The notes beneath the pieces were generated by a model, which saw only the letters and a list, made by a program, of their open reading frames with translations, did not search any database and was not told the origin of the DNA. A stretch of 64,000 nucleotides of DNA from the NCBI GenBank assembly GCA_036172245.1, contig JAYWIR010000002.1:4898001-4962000 (forward strand), in the 5' to 3' direction. The position numbers were made by a program, and so were the translations under genes. How positions within the stretch are numbered: the first letter of the stretch is position 1; the number at the start of each line of letters is the position of its first letter. The stretch comes from Raillietiella orientalis. Taxonomy: Eukaryota. Positions 42,950-52,494 of this stretch are shown here, in pieces.

Positions 42950-43912
42950 GACGGCCTGGAGCAGTGCATCGACCGCCTGCGAAGTCTCGACGGGTCCCCG
43001 AGCGCTGAGCGCGCCTACTCTCCGCATACGACCTTGATCGTAGCGCTGCAGCCCTCCCCTCGGGGAGCCTGGCAGGGTGGACGAGGCGAAACGCGCTCTC
43101 CGTCCCCACGCGCGCGTCGCACGTGCCCCAGCGGGCGACCTCCGCCGCCGCAGCCTATGCTCTTGGAGGCCGCAGCGCGCGAGCGAGAAGGACTCGGGCG
43201 TGCCCCGGAGGGCGTTCTTGAAACGCCCAGGCCCTTCCGGAGCGGCAGCACCCGGAGGCACACGCGGAATCCGTGCAGAGACCTCCCCCCCTTCCCCCCC
43301 CCCTTCATCACCCTCCTCCTAAATTTCCCTCGCCTAACAACCCTTCAGCATCCTCTGGAGAGAAGAGGGGAACCTGGCTGCGGACTGCGTCGAGCCTCCC
43401 GCCCCCCGTCCTTCCCCAGTCTGATGCGCTCCCTGGGGAGGTCCTCCGAGGTCGCGAATGTTCTGGAAGACGTGGAACCCCACCGGTCACTCGGAGACCG
43501 CGCGGCACGGCGGCGCCGCACAGCACAGTGTGGGGTTTCGCACATGCGCCGATAGTCCTACGGGCCAGCCCGGCGGAGGTTCCTTCGCTGCATCAGTCCT
43601 CGCCTGACTCCATCTACACCTCCTACTTCTCGGAACAGTGAGGCCACGTGGTCCGGGGAGCGACCCAGGCAGCGGCGGCGATGAGAACGCTCGCGCGCCC
43701 AGAAGAGCTGGCGGGGTGGGCGCAGGGAGCTTCCTCCAGAGGAAACCCTCCTATGATCCGGCCTCCTTCCGGGACTCGGGAGAAGATAGTGGATACTCCT
43801 CTCGAATTCTGTGCCGGTGCCCACATGGCTCCGTTCCCGGCACCCCTACGCGTCCCTCCCCCTCTCTCCCGCCTCTTGACGCCGGGTGCCCTTCCTTCCC
43901 ATCTCACAAAGA
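42950..43912 (-). mobile_element. GC-rich Gypsy RT/RNase H fossil immediately outside the left inverted arm
   Basis: GAMWAPAQNSRGVSTIF (like GLxNAPATFQRxM); GRIIGGFPLEE (like DDIIxxSxTxEE); DLPRERIRL (the same peptide as ELPRERIRL at about 31366-31392, with synonymous changes); LQRYD...AVDALL (like LQxYD..ADALS). Confidence 0.45.
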
Positions 43913-45096
43913 GGCTCCCCCCTGGGCGCAGCATCAACCGCCCCCGAGGCGGGAGCGACGGCGCAGGGGTTCCCCTGCCTAGCCTTCCCGGAACGCTCGA
44001 CCCGAGGCGAGTCACCTCCAGGGTACGGAAGGGTCGCTCGTCGATCCCTCCTGTCGCTCCTTCACCCCCTCGCCGCGGGTCGCACGCTCTCCGTCCAGAG
44101 TACCGGATGCGACCTCTGCAGGGGACTGCGACCTGCCTGACTGCGGGGGAAGGGGTCGCAGCCGCTCGGCGGTGAGGGAGAGGAGGGGTGGGAAAAGCCG
44201 GCGCGCGTCTCCAGTGATCGACTGATCCAGAGGGAAGGAAGAAGAGGCGGGGATTCGTGATCCGCCGCCGGCCGGGCGTGACCTGCAGCGCAACGCCCGT
44301 GGGGCCACGCGGCAGCCCTGCTTGGACGGACCGCACGTTCCTCTGGGGGTAGGAGGACCAGGGATGTTGCGCACTCCTGTCCCCCTTGGAGGGAAGGATG
44401 CGAGGGCTCCCCCCCGTCCGCCCTGCTGATGGGGAGAGGAGTCGCCTCGCGTCCCTGGAGTTTTGCGCTGTCCTGCAGGAGGAGTCTCCCTTCTTGCGAG
44501 CGAGCGGGGAGAGGAAAGGGGATGACTGGCAGCTCTGCTCGTCGGAAACGAGGGAGGAACCGTTGCGGGCGAAGGGAGGGGGGAGACCTTCTACTTCCCT
44601 CCCTGTTCCCTTCAGGCGTCTCCTGGCTTGTGGCGGGACGCATCCCTCCGAGAAGACGTTGCAGTTTCCAGATGCGGGTGAGAGAGAGAGAGAGTGAGAG
44701 GGGAGGGGAGGAGGAGGAAGTAAGGAGGGTCTCTGCGCAGCTTTCACGGAGCCTCCGTCTCTCCGTGACGTCCTCCGGGGCGCCGAGTCTCCTCCCTTCT
44801 CCCCCTCTCTCTCTTTCTCGCGCGTCGCATCCCGGGGAGCTTCCCGTTAGCGTGGCATCCCTTCCCATCCGTTCAGTTCGTCCCCTCCGCCTCTCCTCTT
44901 CCGTTCCTGAGGGCGCAGCCTGAGGGGTGGTCTGGAAGAGCAGAGCTCCCCTCCTTCGGGAGACTTGGCGCTTCCTCATCCTGCCTCTCCCGTCTCTGTT
45001 CCTCTGGTCGCGACCTCCCCGCAGAACGCGGCCACCCTGCTCGGCGGAGAAGGACGAGGGGTATACTCTCTGCCCCCTGGGGGGGTCGACGAGGAG
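43913..45096 (-). repeat. Left arm of a 1,184-bp near-perfect inverted repeat
   Basis: Reverse complement of 47026-48209. Paired ORF ends all sum to 92122, so there are no indels, and the translations are identical in several frames (e.g. 44062-44979 vs 47143-48060). Two mismatches are visible near the inner end. Confidence 0.97.
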
Positions 45097-45393
45097 TAAT
45101 GGTCGATGCTGGACTCCCCCCTCTGCCTTGCGGCTGGGGTGCGCGCCTCCCCGCCTCCCTGGATGCTTCGCTGAGGCTCTCCCTCTCCCCCTCCCTGAGG
45201 CTCCCCCTTGGCGATGGGTAGGGAGGGAGATCCTGCGCCTCCAATCCTGAGGGGGAAGCCTCCCTCGCTCCGGGAGGAAGGATGAGGGGAGGACGTTTTT
45301 TTTCTTCCTTTTTTTTCCCTCTTTTTATTGCTCCTCCATTGTGGTTGAGGGAGGGAGTTCCCCGGCGCCACGACCAGGAAGAGGTCGCTGCCC

Positions 45394-46461
45394 TCACTCC
45401 TCCTGGCAGTAGTCGCAGGAGAGGGCACAGTATTGCTTCATGAAGGCGGGGCTGTGCCTGCAGCGTTTCTCGGCCACCCAGTGCTGGCAGTAGCGGGAGA
45501 AGGCGATGGAGTCCCGGCAGCCTCCTCCCGAGGACGCGTCCTGCTGGCGGAAGGGCGCGTGCGGCAGCGCCGGGGGCACGAAGCACTGCCCGGGATGCGC
45601 CAATCGCGGGAGGGCGAGGAAGGGGAACCTCATCGCCCCTCCGAGGACCATCCAGGGAGCCTGGAGCGCGTATCCCCCCCCCGTCCAAGGCGGGGGGTAC
45701 GCGAAGTGGTGGTAACTTGCCGGGAAGGCAGAGGGCTGGTAGCCGAAAGACGCGGCGGGGGGGAACCCGAAAGGGAGCGGGCGCCCCCCTGCGATCAGGG
45801 GAAGCGCCGAGATGAGCTGCTCACCCAGGGCGCTACCGGAAGCGCAGCGGGGGACGTCGCAGAATCCGGGGTCGCCGCTTCTGGTGTAGCACCACGGGCC
45901 CAGGGGGTTGCGGTCCGGGTTGCGGCAGAAGTTCCTCGCGCGCGACCTGCTGCCCTCGGGAAAGTCCTTGTCCTCCGGGGGCTGTTCGGTCCTGGGCAGG
46001 GGTCCGGAGTGCTCCGTCCACGGCAGGCAGGCGCTACCGTCCTTCGTGACGGCCAGTGTGCCTGCGTATTCCCATCCGTGGGTGGTCGAGCGGCAGCTTC
46101 CTGGGGGGGAGGAGAAGGAGAGAGGAGGAGAGGGGGAACGGGGGACGGGGCCGCGTCAGGGGCAAGTCCGCCCCCTCCGCCTCCCCTCCGCGCCGCACGT
46201 ACCGACGGATTCTCTCCGCATGGCGTGCAGCATCCACAGGAGGATCGCCGCACGGCACTCGAGGAAGCAAACGTTGTGGTAGGTGACCCCGTCCGTGCCA
46301 CACACCGGAGAGTACACGGGGTCGCAGGGGCACCCGCCGAAGGGGAGCGTCGCGAAGCCGGCGGCCCCGCTCAACAGCAGGGCCGGGAACACCGTCGCCG
46401 CCAGCAGCGCCGCAGCCGCCGCCAAGAGTCCGAAGCACCAGCGGCGTCCGGGAGCGGGCAT
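45394..46461 (-). CDS. Secreted Kazal-Kringle-(Pro/Gly/aromatic linker)-ShKT multidomain protein, 309 aa, 3 exons
   Basis: ATG in gccacgATG at 46461. Exons 46461-46203, 46100-45825 and 45788-45394 total 930 nt, with phase-1 GT-AG introns of 102 and 36 nt. Hydrophobic leader; Kazal CPCDPVYSPVCGTDGVTYHNVCFLEC; kringle CRSTTHGWEYAGTLAVTKDGSACLPW..NFCRNPDRNPLGPWCYT..FCDVPRC; ShKT CRDSIAFSRYCQHWVAEKRCRHSPAFMKQYCALSCDYC. AATAAA at 45329-45324. Confidence 0.88.
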
Positions 46462-47025
46462 CGTGGCCACGTGCCGAACGTCAACTGAGCGGCCGGCGGG
46501 GAGGACCTGCCACCAGCCAACCGGGGGAAGCGGCGCCCCTCCGCCACGCTCCGCCGGACAACCGCAACGCCCTGCCCGTTGCTGGAAGCCGGACTCCAGG
46601 GGTCGGGTCGGTCGTCCACGCCTCCCGGCCCCCAGGCGCGTCGCCGCGTAATCCGAGGAACGTCCGTCCCTTCGCCCTCCCCCTCCCTCATCCCCTTACG
46701 CCTCCCCATTCGCTGCAGGAGGAGCAGCAGCCGCGGGAGATGTCGAGCGGTCGCCGGACGGCAAGGTCGCGCGGCGGGGTGAAGGGCGGTCATCACCGCG
46801 AGCGCGTGTTCCTTCCCGCCCAGGGATGCAGGAAGATGTGCTTCTCGCCTGCGCAGCCCCGCGCCCGAAGGAGAGGATCGCTCCCTTCTTTCCGGGTACG
46901 TCAGGGAGGGAGGTCCCGCTCACCAGAGCCGGTCCCTAGAACGGATTGAAGGAGTGCGCAGCAGAAGGTTCCCGCCTGCATCCTGGAACCCCACGGCGTT
47001 CCCGGAAGTTCGCTACCGGCTGTTC

Positions 47026-48209
47026 CTCCTCATCGACCCCCCTAGGGGGCAGAGAGTATACCCCTCGTCCTTCTCCGCCGAGCAGGGTGGCCGCGTTCTG
47101 CGGGGAGGTCGCGACCAGAGGAACAGAGACGGGAGAGGCAGGATGAGGAAGCGCCAAGTCTCCCGAAGGAGGGGAGCTCTGCTCTTCCAGACCACCCCTC
47201 AGGCTGCGCCCTCAGGAACGGAAGAGGAGAGGCGGAGGGGACGAACTGAACGGATGGGAAGGGATGCCACGCTAACGGGAAGCTCCCCGGGATGCGACGC
47301 GCGAGAAAGAGAGAGAGGGGGAGAAGGGAGGAGACTCGGCGCCCCGGAGGACGTCACGGAGAGACGGAGGCTCCGTGAAAGCTGCGCAGAGACCCTCCTT
47401 ACTTCCTCCTCCTCCCCTCCCCTCTCACTCTCTCTCTCTCTCACCCGCATCTGGAAACTGCAACGTCTTCTCGGAGGGATGCGTCCCGCCACAAGCCAGG
47501 AGACGCCTGAAGGGAACAGGGAGGGAAGTAGAAGGTCTCCCCCCTCCCTTCGCCCGCAACGGTTCCTCCCTCGTTTCCGACGAGCAGAGCTGCCAGTCAT
47601 CCCCTTTCCTCTCCCCGCTCGCTCGCAAGAAGGGAGACTCCTCCTGCAGGACAGCGCAAAACTCCAGGGACGCGAGGCGACTCCTCTCCCCATCAGCAGG
47701 GCGGACGGGGGGGAGCCCTCGCATCCTTCCCTCCAAGGGGGACAGGAGTGCGCAACATCCCTGGTCCTCCTACCCCCAGAGGAACGTGCGGTCCGTCCAA
47801 GCAGGGCTGCCGCGTGGCCCCACGGGCGTTGCGCTGCAGGTCACGCCCGGCCGGCGGCGGATCACGAATCCCCGCCTCTTCTTCCTTCCCTCTGGATCAG
47901 TCGATCACTGGAGACGCGCGCCGGCTTTTCCCACCCCTCCTCTCCCTCACCGCCGAGCGGCTGCGACCCCTTCCCCCGCAGTCAGGCAGGTCGCAGTCCC
48001 CTGCAGAGGTCGCATCCGGTACTCTGGACGGAGAGCGTGCGACCCGCGGCGAGGGGGTGAAGGAGCGACAGGAGGGATCGACGAGCGACCCTTCCGTACC
48101 CTGGAGGTGACTCGCCTCGGGTCGAGCGTTCCGGGAAGGCTAGGCAGGGGAACCCCTGCGCCGTCGCTCCCGCCTCGGGGGCGGTTGATGCTGCGCCCAG
48201 GGGGGAGCC
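47026..48209 (+). repeat. Right arm of a 1,184-bp near-perfect inverted repeat
   Basis: Reverse complement of 43913-45096; boundaries ctcctcatcgacc (47026) and gggggagcc (48209). Confidence 0.97.
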
Positions 48210-49900
48210 GCGCTCTTATCTGGACCGCGAGGTGGTCGTGGCGCCGAGTGGCGAAGACTAGCTAGGGTGAGGCAGGACTCTTCCTTCACATCCTTCCCGC
48301 GCCCCCCCCCCTCGTCCTTCCGTAGGCACAGAGGCGAGAGCGCGAGGGATACCCGGGGGAGGGGGGAGGGGGGAGGGGAGAGGGAATGGAAGGGGAAGAA
48401 GAGGCGGGAAGGGATGTGCGGGTGAGCTCCTCCATAGCCTGTGGTACGCCCAATGATCCGACCTTTCCAGAGCTCCCGGAGGTCAGAAGCACTTTCCCAC
48501 AGGAGAGATCGCCTCTTTCCCATCTCTCGATGGGCGCGAGAGTACTTCCCAGGCAACGGCCGCGCAACCGGACGTGGGAGCGCATTGATGGGCTGGACAT
48601 CTTCGGAAGTCCAGCCTGTCTCCCCCGGCCACGTGACCGCGTCCTTCCCTGAAGGCTCTCCCCGAGTGGTTTTGGTTCGCCTCCCTTTCTCAATCTCCCT
48701 CCCAAGCTCGAGGGGTGAGGATGGGGCTGGAGCTGCGACGCGCTCCGGGAGTGTTCCCTACCACTTTCCTGAGGTCCGGGCCGTAAGGTCGGCTGTCGCA
48801 GGAAGCGGAAAGCCAAGGGGCGTGAGGGGGGTCGTCCATCTTGAAAACGGGAATGGAAAAGAAGGAACCCATCCCAAGGTATGGAGAGAGAAGATGTTGG
48901 AGTCCCTGGCTGAAAGCGCTGGCAGGCCGACTCCCCTCCTCCGCCTTCCCCCGGATCCGAAGACCAACGACCCTCTTCTCAGAAGGGAAGGTAGTTCTTC
49001 CTCAAGACGAGCGCCCGAAGGAGTCGCCGCCCCCGTCCCCATCTGCGAGAGTTACCGGACAACGGTTGGCGGGTTCGTTTTCGGTCCTCCTTCAGCAGCT
49101 TTCTGCGCATCCTCGCCGTACCCATGCATCCCTGCAGAGTCCTTCCCGATCCCAGGGACTCGTCTTTCGCTAGAACACGATTTCCCCGGACTTTCCCGGC
49201 TGTTCCCATACCGCTGTTCCGACTGCCGCCGCTAACGGGCGCGGATTCAGCTGAGCAGTGTTCCCTCGTGGGCAATCGGAGACGAGAGAACGAATTCCGC
49301 AACATCCGAAGCCAGGAGAGGTTCTTCCCCCAGTGCGTTCCCGCTCCTCTGCCCCTTGCGAACCCTAGGAACGTCTTTCTTAGCTCCGTCCCATTTCCCA
49401 TCCAGGAGCGCCAGCCTCCACCCCCATGCTTCTTCCTCCCGAGTGTCCACTCCCGCGATGCGAGGCCGCTCCGTCCCCACTGCGTAGGTACGATGGACCG
49501 CCTCTCCTTCGCCCCCTTCGCGGACTCCCGGGAGGAGGCCACGACCAGGAGTCAGCCGGAAAGGAATCAGATTGAATAAGAAGGAAAGGAGCCAAGGGAG
49601 GGAGGAGACACTCCGGTCCCTTGCTCGGTCAGCGGCGGTCACTCTGGTCGATGCGCTTACTCTCGAGAGTCCACGAGGGAGCGGGTGCGCAGAAAAACAT
49701 CATCTGTTACGTTGACAGCTCGCCCTCGTTGCAGCTTCCGCTGCTTTTGCGCTACCTTCCTGACTGAGCGTGCCCCCGGGCCAGCTTCCAAATCGTCTCC
49801 GTGGGGCCGCCGCGGGCGTCCCTCGTTGCGTCGAGGGTGACGATAAGGATCGGCTTCACACTCCAGTTTGTCGGGAAACGGGAATGAGTGATCTTCCTGG
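47450..49900 (+). mobile_element. GC-rich Ty3/Gypsy pol fossil (RT, RNase H, integrase) running through and beyond the right arm
   Basis: Colinear degenerate motifs: SSPFLSPLARKKGDSSCR at 47597-47650 (SPWxSPxVLVxKKDGSxR); LEVTRLGSSV at 48101-48130 (EVxYLGH); RALIWTARWSWRRV at 48209-48250 (RxFLGxxGYYRRF); GARVLPRQRPRNRTWER and LRECSLPLS*GPGRK (RNase H); AVPIPLFR..ERFFPQ..PLRPHCVGTMDRL..PF (integrase, 49200-49530). Confidence 0.55.
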
Positions 49901-50976
49901 GAAATATTTCCCGAGGAAGGGGGGTGGGGATCAGACTGCAACGGATCAGACGAGAGGGGAGGAACGGCGGGAAGTCGCGGGTGCTGAAGGCGGAGGCGAT
50001 GCTGCGTTTCCAGCAAGTCTGAGGAGGATGTGTCGAGGGAATCCTAGCTCGCTACTGAAAGGTGTGAGGAGAGACTGGAGGATTCCTGAAGGACACACGA
50101 AAAAATGCAACCGGGGATTCATCCTGTTTATTTCCGGAAATGCACGAGAAAATGGTCCGGAATTGATTTGCTGATTGAGAGGAAGTTTCTAAAGAATGCG
50201 TCGGCGCGAGAATGACGCCTCGGAAGACTTTCGTAGAACCCGTGGGAGAAAAATCTGAAATATTAAGCAGACTTCAAGAAGGGAAGTATTTCCCTCCAGA
50301 GAAAGAAACAAAAGTAAAATTCACTGGGTCAATCGCAACTTCCCCCTCCTCCTCCCTCTCTCTCTCTCTCCTAGCATCAACTTCTTCGAGAACCACGTAA
50401 ACGAACACTTCCGAATGGGGGCGGACGATCACCGAGAAGACAAGTTCAGCATTCCGCTAAGCACCAGCGTTTCACGCGGATCGGTAGGTCTCTAAAACTC
50501 AGAAACACTGCAAGAATAGGTCTCGGAACCTTCCGAGAGCCACCTTCTCCCGATAAAACACTCAAACCCCACTTTTCCCTGATTTTCATCTTGGAGCTGG
50601 TTTTAGAGCGATTATAAAGAGCTTTCCCCGTGCAAGGTATGGTAATTCTTCGTCAGCGGCCACATCCGTAACAGTACTTTCCCAGTGCAGCTCCATTTGC
50701 AAACCTTCCTCGGTGAGACGAGTACGCTTTTTGTCCTTCCAGAGAGAGGACAAACAATGACTTCGGAGCTCCCGGTCTTCCATCAGACCGCGACGTTTCT
50801 ATGGAAACCTTAAAGAAGAACGATCACGAGTTTTTTTTTTTTTTTCGCCGTCCCTTTTTATGTCATGAAAATTACTACGATCGAGTGCATTAAAAAAAAT
50901 GAGCCGCTCTCTTCAGGGAGTGCAACGTCATGAGTCCATGCCCAGGGAAAGTTCAGCAATGAAATAGGAACTGAAT

Positions 50977-52494
50977 ATGTCTGTTGCGAGCCGGAATCAA
51001 AGAAAGTTTCCGTGTGGTGGATGTCTGGAATCGAAAGGTGATGGGGCGAACACGCCTCGGGCACCCAGAAACAGTTCGTGGAGTCGTGTGCCCACCCGGA
51101 GTGCCGCATCCCTTCGCACAACCCTTAAACCTCCGTTGGATGAGCGACCAGCATGGGACAACTCGAGTTTTGTTCCACGGACTCCGGTGCAGGTCAAATC
51201 GCCGATGCGAGCTGCAGTTGAGGAACTGAAGCTTTCTGTACGAAGCATAGAAGAGCAGATTGTATCCCTGGACATAAACACAGAACACTTTAAGGAACAG
51301 TTTTACCTACGACTCAAGGATTGCGAGGAAAGCATGACAAAACAGAAAGAACTCATTCAGACTGACCTCGTGCACTTACAAAACAAGATAAGCGACGAAT
51401 GCAAGAGTCATCAAAAGAGTCTATTTCAGAAATTGGGAGAGATCCAAAACATTCAGAACTCTCTTCAGAGTGAAGATCAGAATGACGAGTTTGCAAGACT
51501 GGATAAGGAAACACGTGTTTGGAAAATTATTAAGGAATTGAAAAATCGGATGGATGATATCGAAGAGAAAGGTCTATTATCGCCTGAAGATATGATATGC
51601 CTCCAGGAAAAAATTGCAAACCTGAGAATAAGTTTAGTTACCCGTGACGAATACTGCTCATTCAGGAAAGAATTGGTACAATTTCTTGAAGAATACACTT
51701 TGAAAGGGGAATGCAACAGATTCAAGGATAAGTTATTTTGTTTGGCAGATGAGCTGGCGCAGAAAGAGTCATGCGCAACTCTTGCCGAAGAGCTGATGCA
51801 ACTAAAAGAGGAAAGCAGACAACTTATTTTCTTCCAAAACAAGAGAGAAATCATGCGGAATCTCTGCCAAAACCTGGAAAAGGAGATGAAAAATATTGAA
51901 ATGGAAATGAAAAAACTTCAGATACTCCATTCGAAAAAACGACTGCTGACTCATAAATGGGATAGTCTTCTTTCATGTGAATCGAATCTAAATTCCCTTG
52001 ATCACTATGGTTTGAAAGAAAGCATTGGTAAAATAAGAGAAACAGAAAGGTCACAAGACATAGCTCAGCTCTGTGAAGAAATAGAAAAATTAATTTCCCA
52101 ATTTCTAAGAGAGAAATATTTAGATACCCCCAGGATAATGAACGACAATGTTAACTATACGATTGGAAAGATTCGGGAAGAAGTGGGAAAAGAAATCGAG
52201 AAGGCACTGCAAACCTTACACGATGATATTTCACAGAAACTTCGACAACACGGAAATGACCTTCAAACTAACTGTATTCCTCTGCAACCAATATTTGACT
52301 CTGCAGTCTCTGAACATTTGGATAGTATTAATGAATCTTTACAAAGAAAACTACAGAATCTGACTTCGGAATGTGAAGCACAGTTGGATAATATGAAAGA
52401 CAAATTCAATCATCAATTATCAGGTCTTGAATCTTATGTAGTGGAAAAGTTAGGAAGAGATGCTGAAACCAAGCAGGCAGTTGCACCATCATAA
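50977..52494 (+). CDS. Intronless 505-aa coiled-coil protein of unknown function
   Basis: Uninterrupted 1.5-kb ATG-to-TAA ORF, mostly in AT-rich DNA, too long to be chance. A basic Pro/Ser-rich N-terminus is followed by about 400 aa of E/K/L/Q-rich heptad-like sequence. Confidence 0.7.
   Translation: MSVASRNQRKFPCGGCLESKGDGANTPRAPRNSSWSRVPTRSAASLRTTLKPPLDERPAWDNSSFVPRTPVQVKSPMRAAVEELKLSVRSIEEQIVSLDINTEHFKEQFYLRLKDCEESMTKQKELIQTDLVHLQNKISDECKSHQKSLFQKLGEIQNIQNSLQSEDQNDEFARLDKETRVWKIIKELKNRMDDIEEKGLLSPEDMICLQEKIANLRISLVTRDEYCSFRKELVQFLEEYTLKGECNRFKDKLFCLADELAQKESCATLAEELMQLKEESRQLIFFQNKREIMRNLCQNLEKEMKNIEMEMKKLQILHSKKRLLTHKWDSLLSCESNLNSLDHYGLKESIGKIRETERSQDIAQLCEEIEKLISQFLREKYLDTPRIMNDNVNYTIGKIREEVGKEIEKALQTLHDDISQKLRQHGNDLQTNCIPLQPIFDSAVSEHLDSINESLQRKLQNLTSECEAQLDNMKDKFNHQLSGLESYVVEKLGRDAETKQAVAPS

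Noticed and set aside
42700..50200. Many long overlapping ORFs (up to 374 aa) in all six frames
   Set aside because: Expected in DNA of about 70% GC and duplicated by the inverted repeat. They are Arg/Pro/Gly-rich with no intact domains; only the spliced Kazal-Kringle-ShKT gene and fossil pol motifs are supported.
42700..50200. Bacterial horizontal transfer or contamination as the cause of the GC island
   Set aside because: The central gene has GT-AG introns, a polyA signal and animal-type domains, and GC changes gradually at both edges.
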